A stretch of 64,000 nucleotides of DNA from an uncultured Clostridia bacterium (lineage in GTDB: Bacteria > Bacillota > Clostridia > Oscillospirales > CAG-272), in the NCBI GenBank assembly GCA_944392615.1, contig CALXXF010000001.1, positions 48,569 to 112,568 on the forward strand, read 5' to 3'. The notes below the pieces were generated by a model. That model ran no database searches, was not told where the DNA came from, and saw only the letters and a program-made list of their open reading frames with translations. Below are positions 1 through 10,379 of this stretch, one piece after another. Numbering within the stretch: position 1 is the first letter of the stretch; each line of letters begins with the position of its first letter. The position numbers and the translations under genes are program-made.

Positions 1-501
1 GGCGGAGTACCGGGAAGGAAAACAGGATGAGAAGAAGAGTTGGTAACGACATGGCCGAAGGAAGCAATGACCGGGCTTTTGCCGCAAGGGCATCTGCGCC
101 GCGCGCGCCGAGTCTTTCAAAAGCAAGGGTGTACTCCGGTACAAATACGGCTGATATCACGGCTCCGAACGAGACGTCAAACAGGAAAGAAGACAGTGAA
201 AGCGCCGCCTCATATGCGGAATTTTCGGCACCGGTTCCCCATAAGCCGGCAAGAAACATACTTCTTGCAAGACCGAGCAGTCTGGTAAGACATATTACCG
301 ATAAAAGCGCGGCGGCAGATAAACTTTTTTTCCCTTTTTTTCCTGTTCCACCCATAATTCCGATATCCCTGATTCGATTATTCTACCATATTATTATGCA
401 AAAGTAAAGAGAGACTAAACAATAAAAAAATTTCCATTTGCAGGCAGATCCCGGATATGCATATGCTTTGCAAAATTTTTAAAAATATTTTGAAAATACA
501 C

Positions 502-530
502 TTGATTTTGCGCGGGTGTTGTGCTACAAT
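502..530 (+). promoter_or_regulatory. Putative sigma-A promoter for rplS (TTGATT, 17-nt spacer, TACAAT), followed by an ~85-nt leader with a hairpin (gccgctttttggcgg); possible L19 autoregulatory leader
   Basis: Read directly from the sequence; the -35/-10 spacing is canonical. Assigning it as an L19 leader is speculative. Confidence 0.4.
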
Positions 531-616
531 AACAAACGCCGCTTTTTGGCGGTATTCGGGCAGTCCGCTGCGAAGCTCCGCATGAATGCCGAATAATAAT
601 CAAGGAGGAAGCCCCA

Positions 617-958
617 ATGGATCTTATCAAGGCTTTTACAAGTGAGCAGCTCAAAACTGAGGTACCTCAGTTTAAGGTCGGTGATACCGTAAGGGTATAC
701 AACCGTATCAAAGAAGGAACGAGAGAAAGAATACAGCTTTTTGAAGGAACCGTCATCGCAAGAAGAGGCGGTGGGATATCCGAAACCTTTACTGTAAGAC
801 GCGTCGCCTACGGTGTTGGTGCTGAAAAGACCTTCCCGCTCCACTCTCCCTTTGTTGAAAAGGTCGAGGTGACAAGAAAGGGTAAAGTTCGCCGTGCGAA
901 GCTTTATTACCTCCGTGACCGCGTGGGCAAGTATGCCAAGGTCAAGGAGTCTATCTGA
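617..958 (+). CDS. rplS: 50S ribosomal protein L19
   Basis: 113-aa ORF. Its start (MDLIKAF...VGDTVRVY...) and its [12 protein letters not shown] motif are typical of L19. RBS is aaggagg. Confidence 0.95.
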   Translation: MDLIKAFTSEQLKTEVPQFKVGDTVRVYNRIKEGTRERIQLFEGTVIARRGGGISETFTVRRVAYGVGAEKTFPLHSPFVEKVEVTRKGKVRRAKLYYLRDRVGKYAKVKESI

Positions 959-1027
959 CGCGCCGGTTTTTCTGTGCCGTCTTAAAGGATCTTATTTATT
1001 TCTAACAGAGAGTAGAGGTGCAAGGTA

Positions 1028-1237
1028 ATGAAGGAAGGAATCCATCCGAGCTATAATGAAGTAACGATAAAGTGCGCATGCGGCGAGGAAGTAAAGACGC
1101 GTTCCACCAAGAGCGGTGTTGTGCGTGTTGAAATCTGCTCCAAATGCCATCCGTTCTTCACCGGTAAGCAGAAATTCGTCGATGCCGGCGGACGTGTTGA
1201 CAAGTTCAAAAAGCGTCTTCAGGGAACGCAGAACTGA
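1028..1237 (+). CDS. rpmE: 50S ribosomal protein L31 (zinc-ribbon type A)
   Basis: 69-aa [12 protein letters not shown]...CxCG...[10 protein letters not shown], the L31 signature with four Cys. Confidence 0.9.
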   Translation: MKEGIHPSYNEVTIKCACGEEVKTRSTKSGVVRVEICSKCHPFFTGKQKFVDAGGRVDKFKKRLQGTQN

Positions 1238-1355
1238 TTTGCATTTTTCTGAATATTTGTCAATAGGGCGACTAGTATGCTACCGTGTACAAGCCGCCCT
1301 CTTTGTCTTTTCCGGATAAAGACGCCGCGCGGCATCTAAAGAAAGCAGGTGTTTT

Positions 1356-2810
1356 ATGAAAAAAATATACGGAAACGAAGAAGGCGCTTTCAGCAAAGAA
1401 AGCGGCGGCAAAAATCCCGCTGAAAATACTGATTCGCACACTGCTGATGATTTTGTCAGCGCAAAAGAGCGCGTCACAGGTACCGGAATCGCGTCGGGAC
1501 GCGCGGAGTACAGACAAAAAGCAATACTGGCTTCTCTTGTGACGTATGAAAAAGACGAAAAAGAAGCCGCAGTGTCATTGGATGAGCTTGAGCGTCTTTT
1601 GGAAACTGCAGGCGGGGAGCTGTTCGCACAGGTCATACAGACACGTTCTTCACCCGACCCTGCGACCTATTTCGGAAAGGGAAAGATTGACGAGATAGCG
1701 TGTCTGTGCCGTGACAACGACGTAGGTCTTGTGGTCTGCGATGACGAGCTCTCGCCCGCACAGATAAAGAATATGGAAGATGCAATAGCGGATAAACTGG
1801 ATGAATCGGCGGATATTCGCGTCATAGACAGAAGTATGCTGATACTTGATATATTTGCTCTTCATGCCGTGAGCGCCGAAGGCAAACTGCAGGTTGAGCT
1901 TGCCCAGCTGAAGTATTCTGTGCCGAGACTGTACGGCAAGGGCAACGAGCTGTCAAGACTCGGCGGCGGAATAGGCACGCGAGGGCCAGGAGAGACCAAG
2001 CTCGAAAAGGACAAAAGACATATAAAAAGGCGAATAGCCTCCATAGAAGCGCAGCTTGCCGAAATGACAGAGAGCCGTATGCTTCACAGAGCGCGCAGGG
2101 AGCGTTCAGGTGCATTCCGCGTTGCAATAATGGGGTATACAAACGCCGGTAAGTCCACGCTGCTGAACAGGCTCACCGACGCCGGAGTGCTCGCCGAGGA
2201 CAAGCTCTTTGCAACGCTTGATACAACGACGAGAAAATTTGTAACGCCGGGCGGAAGACAGATACTGATTACAGATACGGTCGGATTTATAAGGAATCTG
2301 CCGCATCACCTTATTGAGGCTTTTAAAAGCACTCTTGAAGAGGTGAAATATACTGATGCGCTCATGATAGTCATAGACGCTTCGGATGAGCAGTGCGAAA
2401 GCCAGCTCGAGGTTACAGAAAAGCTCATATACGACCTCGGAGCAGCCGGAAAGCCTGTGCTGTACGTGCTTAACAAATGCGACATAGCATGCGATATACC
2501 GGTAAGGCTGATGTCCAGAGCGTCAAAGGAAAAATTTATACCCATAAGCGCCCTTGACGGACGTGGGTGTGAAGTTCTCGCACAGGAGCTTGACAACCTT
2601 GCCTTACATGACAGAAAGCTTTTTGTACTTAAAATTCCCTCAACAGATATGGCGGCTCTCAACAGGCTCTACAATCTTTCCATGGTGGAGGACGCGGAGT
2701 TCTTTGACAGCTACGTAAGAGTTATCGCCGTTCTTGACGAAAAGACAAGAGGCCAGATGCGCAGGTATATAGTCTGTCCTGAGCGCGATGACGGCGCCGA
2801 GGAGGAATAA
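1356..2810 (+). CDS. hflX: GTPase HflX (with an N-terminal extension of about 60 aa)
   Basis: HflX N-domain (LVTYEKDE...ELERL), the G1 motif GYTNAGKSTLLNRLT, and the DTVGF and NKCD motifs. Confidence 0.9.
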   Translation: MKKIYGNEEGAFSKESGGKNPAENTDSHTADDFVSAKERVTGTGIASGRAEYRQKAILASLVTYEKDEKEAAVSLDELERLLETAGGELFAQVIQTRSSPDPATYFGKGKIDEIACLCRDNDVGLVVCDDELSPAQIKNMEDAIADKLDESADIRVIDRSMLILDIFALHAVSAEGKLQVELAQLKYSVPRLYGKGNELSRLGGGIGTRGPGETKLEKDKRHIKRRIASIEAQLAEMTESRMLHRARRERSGAFRVAIMGYTNAGKSTLLNRLTDAGVLAEDKLFATLDTTTRKFVTPGGRQILITDTVGFIRNLPHHLIEAFKSTLEEVKYTDALMIVIDASDEQCESQLEVTEKLIYDLGAAGKPVLYVLNKCDIACDIPVRLMSRASKEKFIPISALDGRGCEVLAQELDNLALHDRKLFVLKIPSTDMAALNRLYNLSMVEDAEFFDSYVRVIAVLDEKTRGQMRRYIVCPERDDGAEEE

Positions 2811-3060
2811 ACAGCAGGGAGCTGTACAGCATAGCTGTATAATACCTTACGAGTCTCTGAACAGGCGGGGAAAATGAGTCTTACGCAAATCCATTTTGTG
2901 CGTTTCACGGATCTTTCCCGGCTTGATGAAGAAATGTGCTTCAGCGACCGCCGGCAGAGGCAACACCGAGTAAGAGCCGGTATGACAGCAGAACAAAAAG
3001 TGCATTTATAAATTTATCTTAAAATTCATAAATGCGTGCTTCGGGCGTTATTTACACGGT

Positions 3061-3165
3061 GAAAAAGCACGGTGAAAACGCAGGAAAGCAGAAAACGCAC
3101 GGCGTCAGGAACAAAACATGCGGCTACAGGCAGAAAACGCACGGTGTCAGGAACAAAGCGTACGG
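3061..3165. repeat. About 2.5 copies of a 42-bp direct repeat (gcagaaaacgcacggYgtcaggaacaaaRc...) in the proBAC leader
   Basis: Copies at 3088-3123 and 3130-3165 are near-identical; there is a partial copy at 3061-3084. Confidence 0.7.
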
Positions 3166-3268
3166 TTTGTATCTGCCTTTGAATTTTTATTGCAAAAGGC
3201 CGCCTGACGTTCAGGCAGGCGTTCAGTACCCTTAAATGCTATGTCATGGCGGGAAGAAGAGGTATACT

Positions 3269-4054
3269 ATGAGAATAGTCATAAAACTTGGAAGTTCCAC
3301 TCTTATGTACGGGAGCGGGGGACTCAATATACGCAGAACCGAGAAGCTGTGCGAAGTCATTGCCGACATAGCGAATGCAGGTCACGAGATTGTCATAGTC
3401 AGCTCAGGCGCAGTGGCGATGGGTGCGGGAAAGATGGGCTTCGGCAAAAGACCGTCAGATATAAAGACCAAGCAGGCATGCGCCGCAGTAGGACAGTGCG
3501 AGCTTATGTACACCTATGACAAGCTGTTTTCGGATCACAGACGTTGCGTGGCTCAGATACTTCTGACTAAGTCGGATATAGAAAATGACCACAGGCGGGA
3601 AAACTTCATAAATACAGTGGAGAGGCTTCTCTGCCTTGGAGTCATCCCGATAATAAATGAGAATGATACGGTCGCAGTGGATGAAATCGTTATAGGAGAC
3701 AACGACACTCTTGCAGCCGGAGTGACGGCAAACATAAAGGCAGACATGCTTATAATACTTTCAGATACAGACGGTCTTTACGATTCAGACCCGCACGTAA
3801 ATCCCGAAGCAAAGCTGATACCTGTGGTATATTCTGTAGATGAATCCATAGAGTCGCTTGCCGCAGGCACAGTATCATCTCTCGGTACCGGCGGGATGCA
3901 GACAAAAATAAAAGCTGCCAAAACCGTTGTGCTTTCCGGAGCGGATATGATAATAGCAAACGGAGCGGAACCGGCGCTGCTTTACGATATAGTTGACGGT
4001 AAGTCCGTAGGTACGCTGTTCGTTGGTAAAAGAAAGAATCAGGGGCAGATTTGA
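3269..4054 (+). CDS. proB: Glutamate 5-kinase (short form lacking the PUA domain)
   Basis: MRIVIKLGSSTL... amino-acid-kinase fold; RBS gggaagaagagg. The start was refined to the in-frame ATG inside ORF 3236-4054. Confidence 0.9.
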   Translation: MRIVIKLGSSTLMYGSGGLNIRRTEKLCEVIADIANAGHEIVIVSSGAVAMGAGKMGFGKRPSDIKTKQACAAVGQCELMYTYDKLFSDHRRCVAQILLTKSDIENDHRRENFINTVERLLCLGVIPIINENDTVAVDEIVIGDNDTLAAGVTANIKADMLIILSDTDGLYDSDPHVNPEAKLIPVVYSVDESIESLAAGTVSSLGTGGMQTKIKAAKTVVLSGADMIIANGAEPALLYDIVDGKSVGTLFVGKRKNQGQI

Positions 4055-4085
4055 TTTGTTTTTATGACAGGGAGGTAAATAGCTT

Positions 4086-5345
4086 ATGCTGAACACATCT
4101 GAGGTGCTGCAGCGTGCCGCTATTGCAAAAACAGCAGTTGCAGGCGCTGATTCGGCTACTAAGAACAGGGCGCTCGGCGAAATGTCCAGTGCACTTACAG
4201 ATATGTCGGATAAAATATTGGAGGCAAATGCAGCTGATGTCGAGGCATCCTGCCTCAAAATCGGAGAGGTTATGACCGACAGGCTCAGACTCACAAAAGA
4301 GAGAATAGCCTCCATGGCAAAGGGAATAGATGCGCTTCGTTCACTTCCTGACCCGAACGGACGGGTACTGTCCGAAAATATACGTCCAAACGGTCTTCTG
4401 ATAAAGAAGATAAGCGTTCCGATGGGAGTGATAGGTATTATTTACGAAAGCCGTCCGAACGTGACTTCCGATGCGGCTTCGCTTGCCATAAAAAGCTCAA
4501 GCGCATGTGTGCTGAGGTCGGGAAAGGAGGCTTTCCGCTCGTCAAAGGCGATAGCAGATGCCATGAAACAGGGGCTCTGCGCCGCAGGATTGCCTGCCGA
4601 CGCCGTTATGCTCGTTGAAGATACCTCAAGGGATTCGGCATTGCAGATGATGAGGGCAAGGGGATACATAGACCTCCTCATACCGCGCGGAGGCGCCGGA
4701 CTTATAAGCGCCTGTGTGGAAAACGCTCTGGTACCATGCATACAGACAGGGACCGGAATATGCCACATCTATGTTGAGAAGAGCGCCGATATGAATATGG
4801 CGCTTGATATAATTGAAAACGCCAAGACATCAAGGCCATCTGTATGCAACGCATGTGAAGTGGTGCTTGTAGACAGGGCGATAGCCGGTAATTTTCTCCC
4901 GCTTATGAAGAAAAGGCTTGCCGATGAGCGGGCGGCGTCAGGGCTTGCGCCTGTAGAGCTTATATGCGACAGTGAAGCTCTGGGAATCATCGGCGGAACT
5001 CCTGCCGGGGCAGGAGACTTTGACAGGGAATTTCTTGATTACAAGCTTGCCTGCCATGTGGTTTCGGACTGCAGGGAAGCTGTTGAGCATATACGACTCC
5101 ACTCAACGCACCACAGCGAGGCGATAGTAAGCCGGGATCCGGAAATAACTGATTTATTCACAAGGAATGTCGACAGCGCGGCAGTATACGTCAATGCATC
5201 CACCCGCTTTACAGACGGTTCGGAGTTCGGGCTGGGATGCGAGATGGGAATTTCTACGCAGAAAATGCACGCGCGCGGTCCGCTCGGGCTGGAAGAGCTC
5301 ATGTCGTATAAATACGTTGTACTCGGAAACGGGCAGGTACGCTGA
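4086..5345 (+). CDS. proA: Gamma-glutamyl phosphate reductase
   Basis: 419 aa from the aldehyde dehydrogenase superfamily, with the proA-typical catalytic Cys region (NASTRFTDG...). It lies directly downstream of proB. Confidence 0.92.
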   Translation: MLNTSEVLQRAAIAKTAVAGADSATKNRALGEMSSALTDMSDKILEANAADVEASCLKIGEVMTDRLRLTKERIASMAKGIDALRSLPDPNGRVLSENIRPNGLLIKKISVPMGVIGIIYESRPNVTSDAASLAIKSSSACVLRSGKEAFRSSKAIADAMKQGLCAAGLPADAVMLVEDTSRDSALQMMRARGYIDLLIPRGGAGLISACVENALVPCIQTGTGICHIYVEKSADMNMALDIIENAKTSRPSVCNACEVVLVDRAIAGNFLPLMKKRLADERAASGLAPVELICDSEALGIIGGTPAGAGDFDREFLDYKLACHVVSDCREAVEHIRLHSTHHSEAIVSRDPEITDLFTRNVDSAAVYVNASTRFTDGSEFGLGCEMGISTQKMHARGPLGLEELMSYKYVVLGNGQVR

Positions 5346-5388
5346 CCGCGGGTCAACGACATATACAATCCACAGTAAGGAGAAAAAT

Positions 5389-6192
5389 ATGGTTTGCGAA
5401 AATAATATCAAGCGCGCGGGATTCATAGGATGCGGAAATATGGGATCGGCGCTCGCTCTGGCGGCCGATGCCGACATATATCTGTCAGATAAGGAGCAGG
5501 TAAAGGCGGAAATTCTTGCCGAAAAAACAGGCGGCAAGGCTGCGGGCATTGATGCTGTAGTAAATGAATGCGATTTCATTTTTTTGGGAGTAAAACCGCA
5601 GAATTACGACGAACTGCTCCTACAGACAGCTACATTGCTTGGCAACAGAGCTGTAAAACCAGTGCTTGTCAGCATGGCGGCGGGGATAAGGTCAGACTAT
5701 GTAAGAAAGATCTCAGCTTGCCCGGTCATAAGAATAATGCCCAATCTTCCGGTTATGGCGGGAGAGGGTACCGTACTTTACTGTGCAAACGGCGCCTCGG
5801 AAGAGGATGTATCCGTATTTCTCGGCATGATGAGCCGCGCAGGCGTATTCGTAAAAACTGAGGAGTCTCTGATAGATGCCGGGAGCGCTGTATCGGGATG
5901 CGGTCCTGCCTTTGTATATATGTTTGTTGACGCTCTTGCCAGGGGCGGGGAGGATTGCGGTCTGCAATACGACACAGCGCTTGAGCTTGCAGTTTCAACA
6001 GTCAGAGGCGCCGCCTCAATGCTGCGCGGAGCAGACAGGAATCAGCCTGGAGCTCTTGTGAAAGCAGTCTGCAGTCCAAAGGGAAGCACCATAGAGGGCG
6101 TTGAGCTTTTACGCAGAAATTCCTTTGAACAGACTCTCCGCGACGCGGTTGCCGCCTCCTATCGCAGAAATGTGGAGCTCGGTAAAAAATGA
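5389..6192 (+). CDS. proC: Pyrroline-5-carboxylate reductase
   Basis: Rossmann motif GFIGCGNMGSAL and a P5CR C-terminal domain. RBS is taaggag; the start was refined inside ORF 5167-6192. Confidence 0.85.
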   Translation: MVCENNIKRAGFIGCGNMGSALALAADADIYLSDKEQVKAEILAEKTGGKAAGIDAVVNECDFIFLGVKPQNYDELLLQTATLLGNRAVKPVLVSMAAGIRSDYVRKISACPVIRIMPNLPVMAGEGTVLYCANGASEEDVSVFLGMMSRAGVFVKTEESLIDAGSAVSGCGPAFVYMFVDALARGGEDCGLQYDTALELAVSTVRGAASMLRGADRNQPGALVKAVCSPKGSTIEGVELLRRNSFEQTLRDAVAASYRRNVELGKK

Positions 6193-6815
6193 GCGATTAC
6201 ATAACCGTGAGAAAGCATGGGCGCTCTTCTCTGACCGTAAAGAAAAGTGAATTTATCGGATACTGCGCGCATGTGACCAGCGAGGAAGAGGCGAGGGGCT
6301 TTATTGACGAGATAAGAAAAAAACATTCAGACGCAAGGCACAACGTCTACGCCTATGTTCTCAAAAACGGTAACACAGCAAGGTATTCGGACGACAGGGA
6401 GCCGCAGGGAAGTGCTGGTCTGCCGGTGCTCGGAGTAATAGAAAAAAGCGGGGTCACCGACACCGTGATAGTGGTGACAAGGTATTTCGGCGGAATACTT
6501 CTCGGAACCGGCGGGCTTGCAAGGGCATATTCCGATGCGGCAAGAGGCGCTCTTAACGACTCCGGAATCGCTGAGTTCTCTTATTTCCGAGTATGCCGGG
6601 CTGTATTCCCGTATCCATACTACGGCAAAATACAGAAGATTCTCTCGGCGTTGAATGCAATTGTAGACTCGGTAGACTTTGCAGATTCGGTGACGCTTGT
6701 TTTCGCTGTACGTGAGGAGCTTGCCGGAAATGCGGATTCCGCCATTACTGAGGCGTGCGCCGGGAGAGTGACCCTTACACGCCTTGATACAAGGCTCGAT
6801 TCAGACCCGGTATGA
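6189..6815 (+). CDS. IMPACT/YigZ family protein (UPF0029)
   Basis: 208 aa with the RWD-less IMPACT core (KSEFIGY...HNVYAY...). Its start overlaps the proC stop. Confidence 0.8.
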   Translation: MSDYITVRKHGRSSLTVKKSEFIGYCAHVTSEEEARGFIDEIRKKHSDARHNVYAYVLKNGNTARYSDDREPQGSAGLPVLGVIEKSGVTDTVIVVTRYFGGILLGTGGLARAYSDAARGALNDSGIAEFSYFRVCRAVFPYPYYGKIQKILSALNAIVDSVDFADSVTLVFAVREELAGNADSAITEACAGRVTLTRLDTRLDSDPV

Positions 6816-6898
6816 CGGTTTTTTATGCGTAATACGCAGTCTGATATATTGTTCTTGTTTTTTACCTTGTTTTCGCTTTGATGATTTACAACAGGTGC

Positions 6899-6957
6899 TC
6901 TGAAGGCGAGTGTCTTGAAGACGAGCGTCTTGAAGGCGAGTGTCTTGAAGACTGGAC
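6899..6957. repeat. Intergenic 15-bp tandem repeat (cttgaaggcgagtgt), about 4 copies
   Basis: Imperfect tandem copies read directly; a hairpin follows (ggactctg...cagagtcc) at about 6944-6992. Confidence 0.8.
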
Positions 6958-7173
6958 TCTGAAAATGTCTTTTTGAGCTTTTTTTGCCAGAGTCCGCTTT
7001 TTTATTGACGGAATGTGCGTTTTGGGCGTATTTCACGATATCTTTCAAACGAAAAAAAGGATTTTCTGGATTTCATGCGTATATTATAATATGCACTCGC
7101 TCTGATGTTTTCACGTGCATTGCCTATCCGCAAAGGGCGGTTTATAATACCGATTGATGAAAGGCGGACAAAA

Positions 7174-8166
7174 ATGACTATAAGGCAACTACTTGAGGAT
7201 CGTGAGAAAAGAGAATTGTCCGAGTATGCAGCTCTTTCCGTAAACACCCGTGGCAGGCTGAACGAAATATCCTATGACGACATGCGCACAGAGTATCAGC
7301 GTGACAGGGACAGGATAATACACTGCAAATCGTTCAGACGTCTCATGCACAAAACACAGGTGTTCCTGTCTCCTGAGCATGATCATTACCGTACAAGGCT
7401 TACTCACACGCTTGAGGTGTCTCAGATCGCGAGAACGATTGCAAGGTCCCTCATGCTCAATGAGGACCTGTGCGAGGCGATATCCTTGGGACACGATCTC
7501 GGACATACCCCGTTCGGGCACGCAGGAGAGCGTGTGCTGAGAAAATGCTACGACGAAAATTTTACACATTGCAGGCAGTCCTTGAGGGTCGTGGACAGGA
7601 TAGAAAACCTGAATCTCACATATGAAGTCAGAAACGGCATTCTTTGTCACGCGGGAGACGATATCGCCGACACGCTTGAAGGGGTAATAGTAAAGTTCGC
7701 CGACAGGATAGCATACATAAATCACGATATAGACGACGCGGTAAGGGCAGGCATACTTAAGTCCACGGATATTCCTGAGCAACTCTGCGCCTTGCTCGGA
7801 TATACGCACGGAGAGAGGATAAACACGATGGTGCGCAGTGTCGTCGCGAGCTCTTCCGGCAAGGACGAAATATCGATGGAGCCCGACATTTACCGGGCTA
7901 CGATGCGTCTGCGAGCGTTTCTCTTTGAAAATGTCTATACAAATCCGGAAGCAAAGGGCGAGGAAGGGCGTGCTGAAAGCATGCTTGAGACGCTGTACCA
8001 TTATTTTATTGAACATCCGCTTGAGCTTCCGACAGAGTTTGAAGAAACAGCAGACGAGGAGGGAAGCGCCCGCGCGGTCTGCGACTATATTTCCGGGATG
8101 ACCGACAGGTATGCCATTAATCTTTACAAGGAGCTTTTCGTCCCCAAGGTATGGAGCAAGCTGTAA
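7174..8166 (+). CDS. dgt: dGTPase-like HD-domain phosphohydrolase (deoxyguanosinetriphosphate triphosphohydrolase family)
   Basis: HD motif (LTHTLEVSQIAR...GHDLGHTPFGHAGE). Sits upstream of dnaG, as in the macromolecular-synthesis operon. Confidence 0.85.
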   Translation: MTIRQLLEDREKRELSEYAALSVNTRGRLNEISYDDMRTEYQRDRDRIIHCKSFRRLMHKTQVFLSPEHDHYRTRLTHTLEVSQIARTIARSLMLNEDLCEAISLGHDLGHTPFGHAGERVLRKCYDENFTHCRQSLRVVDRIENLNLTYEVRNGILCHAGDDIADTLEGVIVKFADRIAYINHDIDDAVRAGILKSTDIPEQLCALLGYTHGERINTMVRSVVASSSGKDEISMEPDIYRATMRLRAFLFENVYTNPEAKGEEGRAESMLETLYHYFIEHPLELPTEFEETADEEGSARAVCDYISGMTDRYAINLYKELFVPKVWSKL

Positions 8167-8502
8167 TTTCTTTTTACCGGTGCGGGCTATCTTTTCGGCT
8201 TTTATTCGGCATACGCTCATATTTTGAAGAGTGCGTATTATAACAGTAAAGGTGAAAAAAGCGGATGCTTATGTCTGAAAAAGACCTGACGCATGTGTCT
8301 GACTCACATGCGGGACCACGACCGGACACATAGGTCAGGATATATAAATCCCGTATAACAGATCCGGGTAATAAGTCCGGCAGAACGGTCAGCTATTTCC
8401 GGAAAAGAATCTTTCAGAAAAGACGTCAACCTGTTTCGGAAGAGGCAACAAAACTGCGGGAACTAAAGACGGAAAACATCTGCTTTTCATTGCAAAAGCC
8501 AA

Positions 8503-10290
8503 ATGCAGGTGAGGAAGGGGTGTATAACGCTGAGAATAAGTCAACAGACCCTCAATGAAATAAAATTCAGAAACAGCATAGAAGATGTTGTGTCAGGATA
8601 TGTGCAGCTGAAACGCTCCGCCTCCAACCTTGTTGGTCTTTGCCCGTTTCACAGCGAGAAAACGCCGTCCTTTACCGTTTTCCCGGCAGACGGGAGCTTC
8701 TACTGCTTCGGATGCGGGGCTGGCGGCGACGTAATTGCCTTTGTGCGGCGCGCTGAATCACTGGATTATCCGTCTGCAGTGGAGTTTCTTGCAAGACGCG
8801 CCGGCATATCGATAGTCACCGATGAAAGTGATAAGGAAATGTATGCAAGGCGCTCTTCAGTGCTCAAAATGAATCTGGAAGCCGCACGTTTTTTCAACAG
8901 CTGTCTGTTTGATCCGAAATACGGTAAAGAAGCCATGGAGTATCTCTGTGTAAAAAGAGGTCTTTCAACCTCACTTATAAAGCATTTCGGCCTCGGATTT
9001 GCCCCTGACAATTACGGTATGCTCACAAGACACATGTCTTCTCTCGGATATAAAGACTATGAGCTTTCTTCAGCTTTTTTGTGCGGGATATCAAAAAAGA
9101 ACGGCGCCCCCTACGATTACTTCAGAAACAGGATAATTTTTCCCATAATAGACCCGTCGGGGCAGGTAGTGGCTTTCGGCGGCCGTGTGATGGATGATTC
9201 GCTCCCTAAATATCTCAACACTTCCGATACCCCGGCTTTCAGGAAAAGCCGCACGCTCTTTGCCCTGAACTATGCGAAGGATTCGTGTGCAGAGCAGATG
9301 ATACTTTGCGAGGGCTATATGGATGTGATAGCATTGCACGGGGCAGGTTTTTCCAATGCCGTAGCCACTCTCGGAACGGCAATAACAAAAGAGCACGCCC
9401 GGCTGATGAAGAGGTACACGAAGAGCGTGGTAATATGCTACGACAGCGACGACGCCGGACAGAAGGCGGCAGACAAAGCATTCGGCGTGCTCGGAGAGGT
9501 CGGTCTTGAGGCGAGGATTCTGAAAGTGACATCGGCAAAGGACCCGGACGAATATATAAAAAAATTCGGCAGAGACGGTTTTTCGCGTCTGCTTAAAAAT
9601 ACCGAAAGCGAATTTCAGTTCAGACTGGGAAAGATCCTGTCAAAATACGACATAGCCAACACAGACCAAAGACTGAAGGCTCTCGACGAGGCGATAGGAG
9701 TCATAGCCGGAGTCCAGTCCGCGGCGGCGCGGGAGATATATTCAAGAATAGTTTCGGAGAAATTTTCTGTTTCCGCGGAAAACATAGCCAAAGACGCTGA
9801 AAAACGTTTTGCAATGTCGGAGCGCCAGAAAAACGCAATCGAAAAGGAAAGGCTCCTTTTGTCGGCGACCGGGATTTCCGACAGGGTCAATGCAGACTAT
9901 GTCAAAAATCCGCGGGCGGCATCTTCCGAGGAAAAAATAATAGGGATTCTTCTTCTCCATCCGGAATATATCGAGCAGATGGAGAAAAAGGGCATTGCCT
10001 TTTCCTCGGATGATTTTTTTACCTCGTTTTCAAAAAAAATTGTAGCTCTTATGCTCTCTTTTGAAGGGCGGCCGTTTGATATTTCATCTCTCGGCACGGA
10101 GCTGTCCGTAGAAGAGACAGACAGGCTTACAAAGCTCAAAATGGACCGTGAAAAGCTCACAGACAATTCACTTCAGCTTCTTACCGAAATATACGGCAAG
10201 ATGGTGGAAGATGTCCGCCGCTCTGAAATGACAGCGGACGAAATAATAAAGAAAAAGCGCGAAAAGCGCAAAAGCGACAGGCACAGGTAA
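8503..10290 (+). CDS. dnaG: DNA primase
   Basis: Zinc-ribbon motif CPFHSEKTPSF, a TOPRIM domain (EGYMDVIAL), and a C-terminal helicase-binding domain. The exact start is uncertain: it may be the ATG at 8503 or a nearby alternative. Confidence 0.9.
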   Translation: MQVRKGCITLRISQQTLNEIKFRNSIEDVVSGYVQLKRSASNLVGLCPFHSEKTPSFTVFPADGSFYCFGCGAGGDVIAFVRRAESLDYPSAVEFLARRAGISIVTDESDKEMYARRSSVLKMNLEAARFFNSCLFDPKYGKEAMEYLCVKRGLSTSLIKHFGLGFAPDNYGMLTRHMSSLGYKDYELSSAFLCGISKKNGAPYDYFRNRIIFPIIDPSGQVVAFGGRVMDDSLPKYLNTSDTPAFRKSRTLFALNYAKDSCAEQMILCEGYMDVIALHGAGFSNAVATLGTAITKEHARLMKRYTKSVVICYDSDDAGQKAADKAFGVLGEVGLEARILKVTSAKDPDEYIKKFGRDGFSRLLKNTESEFQFRLGKILSKYDIANTDQRLKALDEAIGVIAGVQSAAAREIYSRIVSEKFSVSAENIAKDAEKRFAMSERQKNAIEKERLLLSATGISDRVNADYVKNPRAASSEEKIIGILLLHPEYIEQMEKKGIAFSSDDFFTSFSKKIVALMLSFEGRPFDISSLGTELSVEETDRLTKLKMDREKLTDNSLQLLTEIYGKMVEDVRRSEMTADEIIKKKREKRKSDRHR

Positions 10291-10379
10291 AATCTACCCT
10301 GAAGTAAAGGGCAGAACCTTGGCAGCCGCACCGCGGTCTTTACCGGCGGGTCGTTTATCGGAAAGGAAGGCGCACGTTT

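Noticed and set aside
27-407. 126-aa ORF at the window start (MRRRVGNDMAEGS...)
   Set aside because: Low-complexity Ala/Ser/Arg-rich translation with no RBS and no domain signal. It looks like translated non-coding or leader sequence upstream of the rplS promoter. I also looked for RNase P, SRP and tmRNA signatures there and found none.
7189-8220. 343-aa minus-strand ORF fully antisense to dgt
   Set aside because: It completely overlaps a well-supported dGTPase CDS on the opposite strand, with no motifs. It is a typical shadow ORF.
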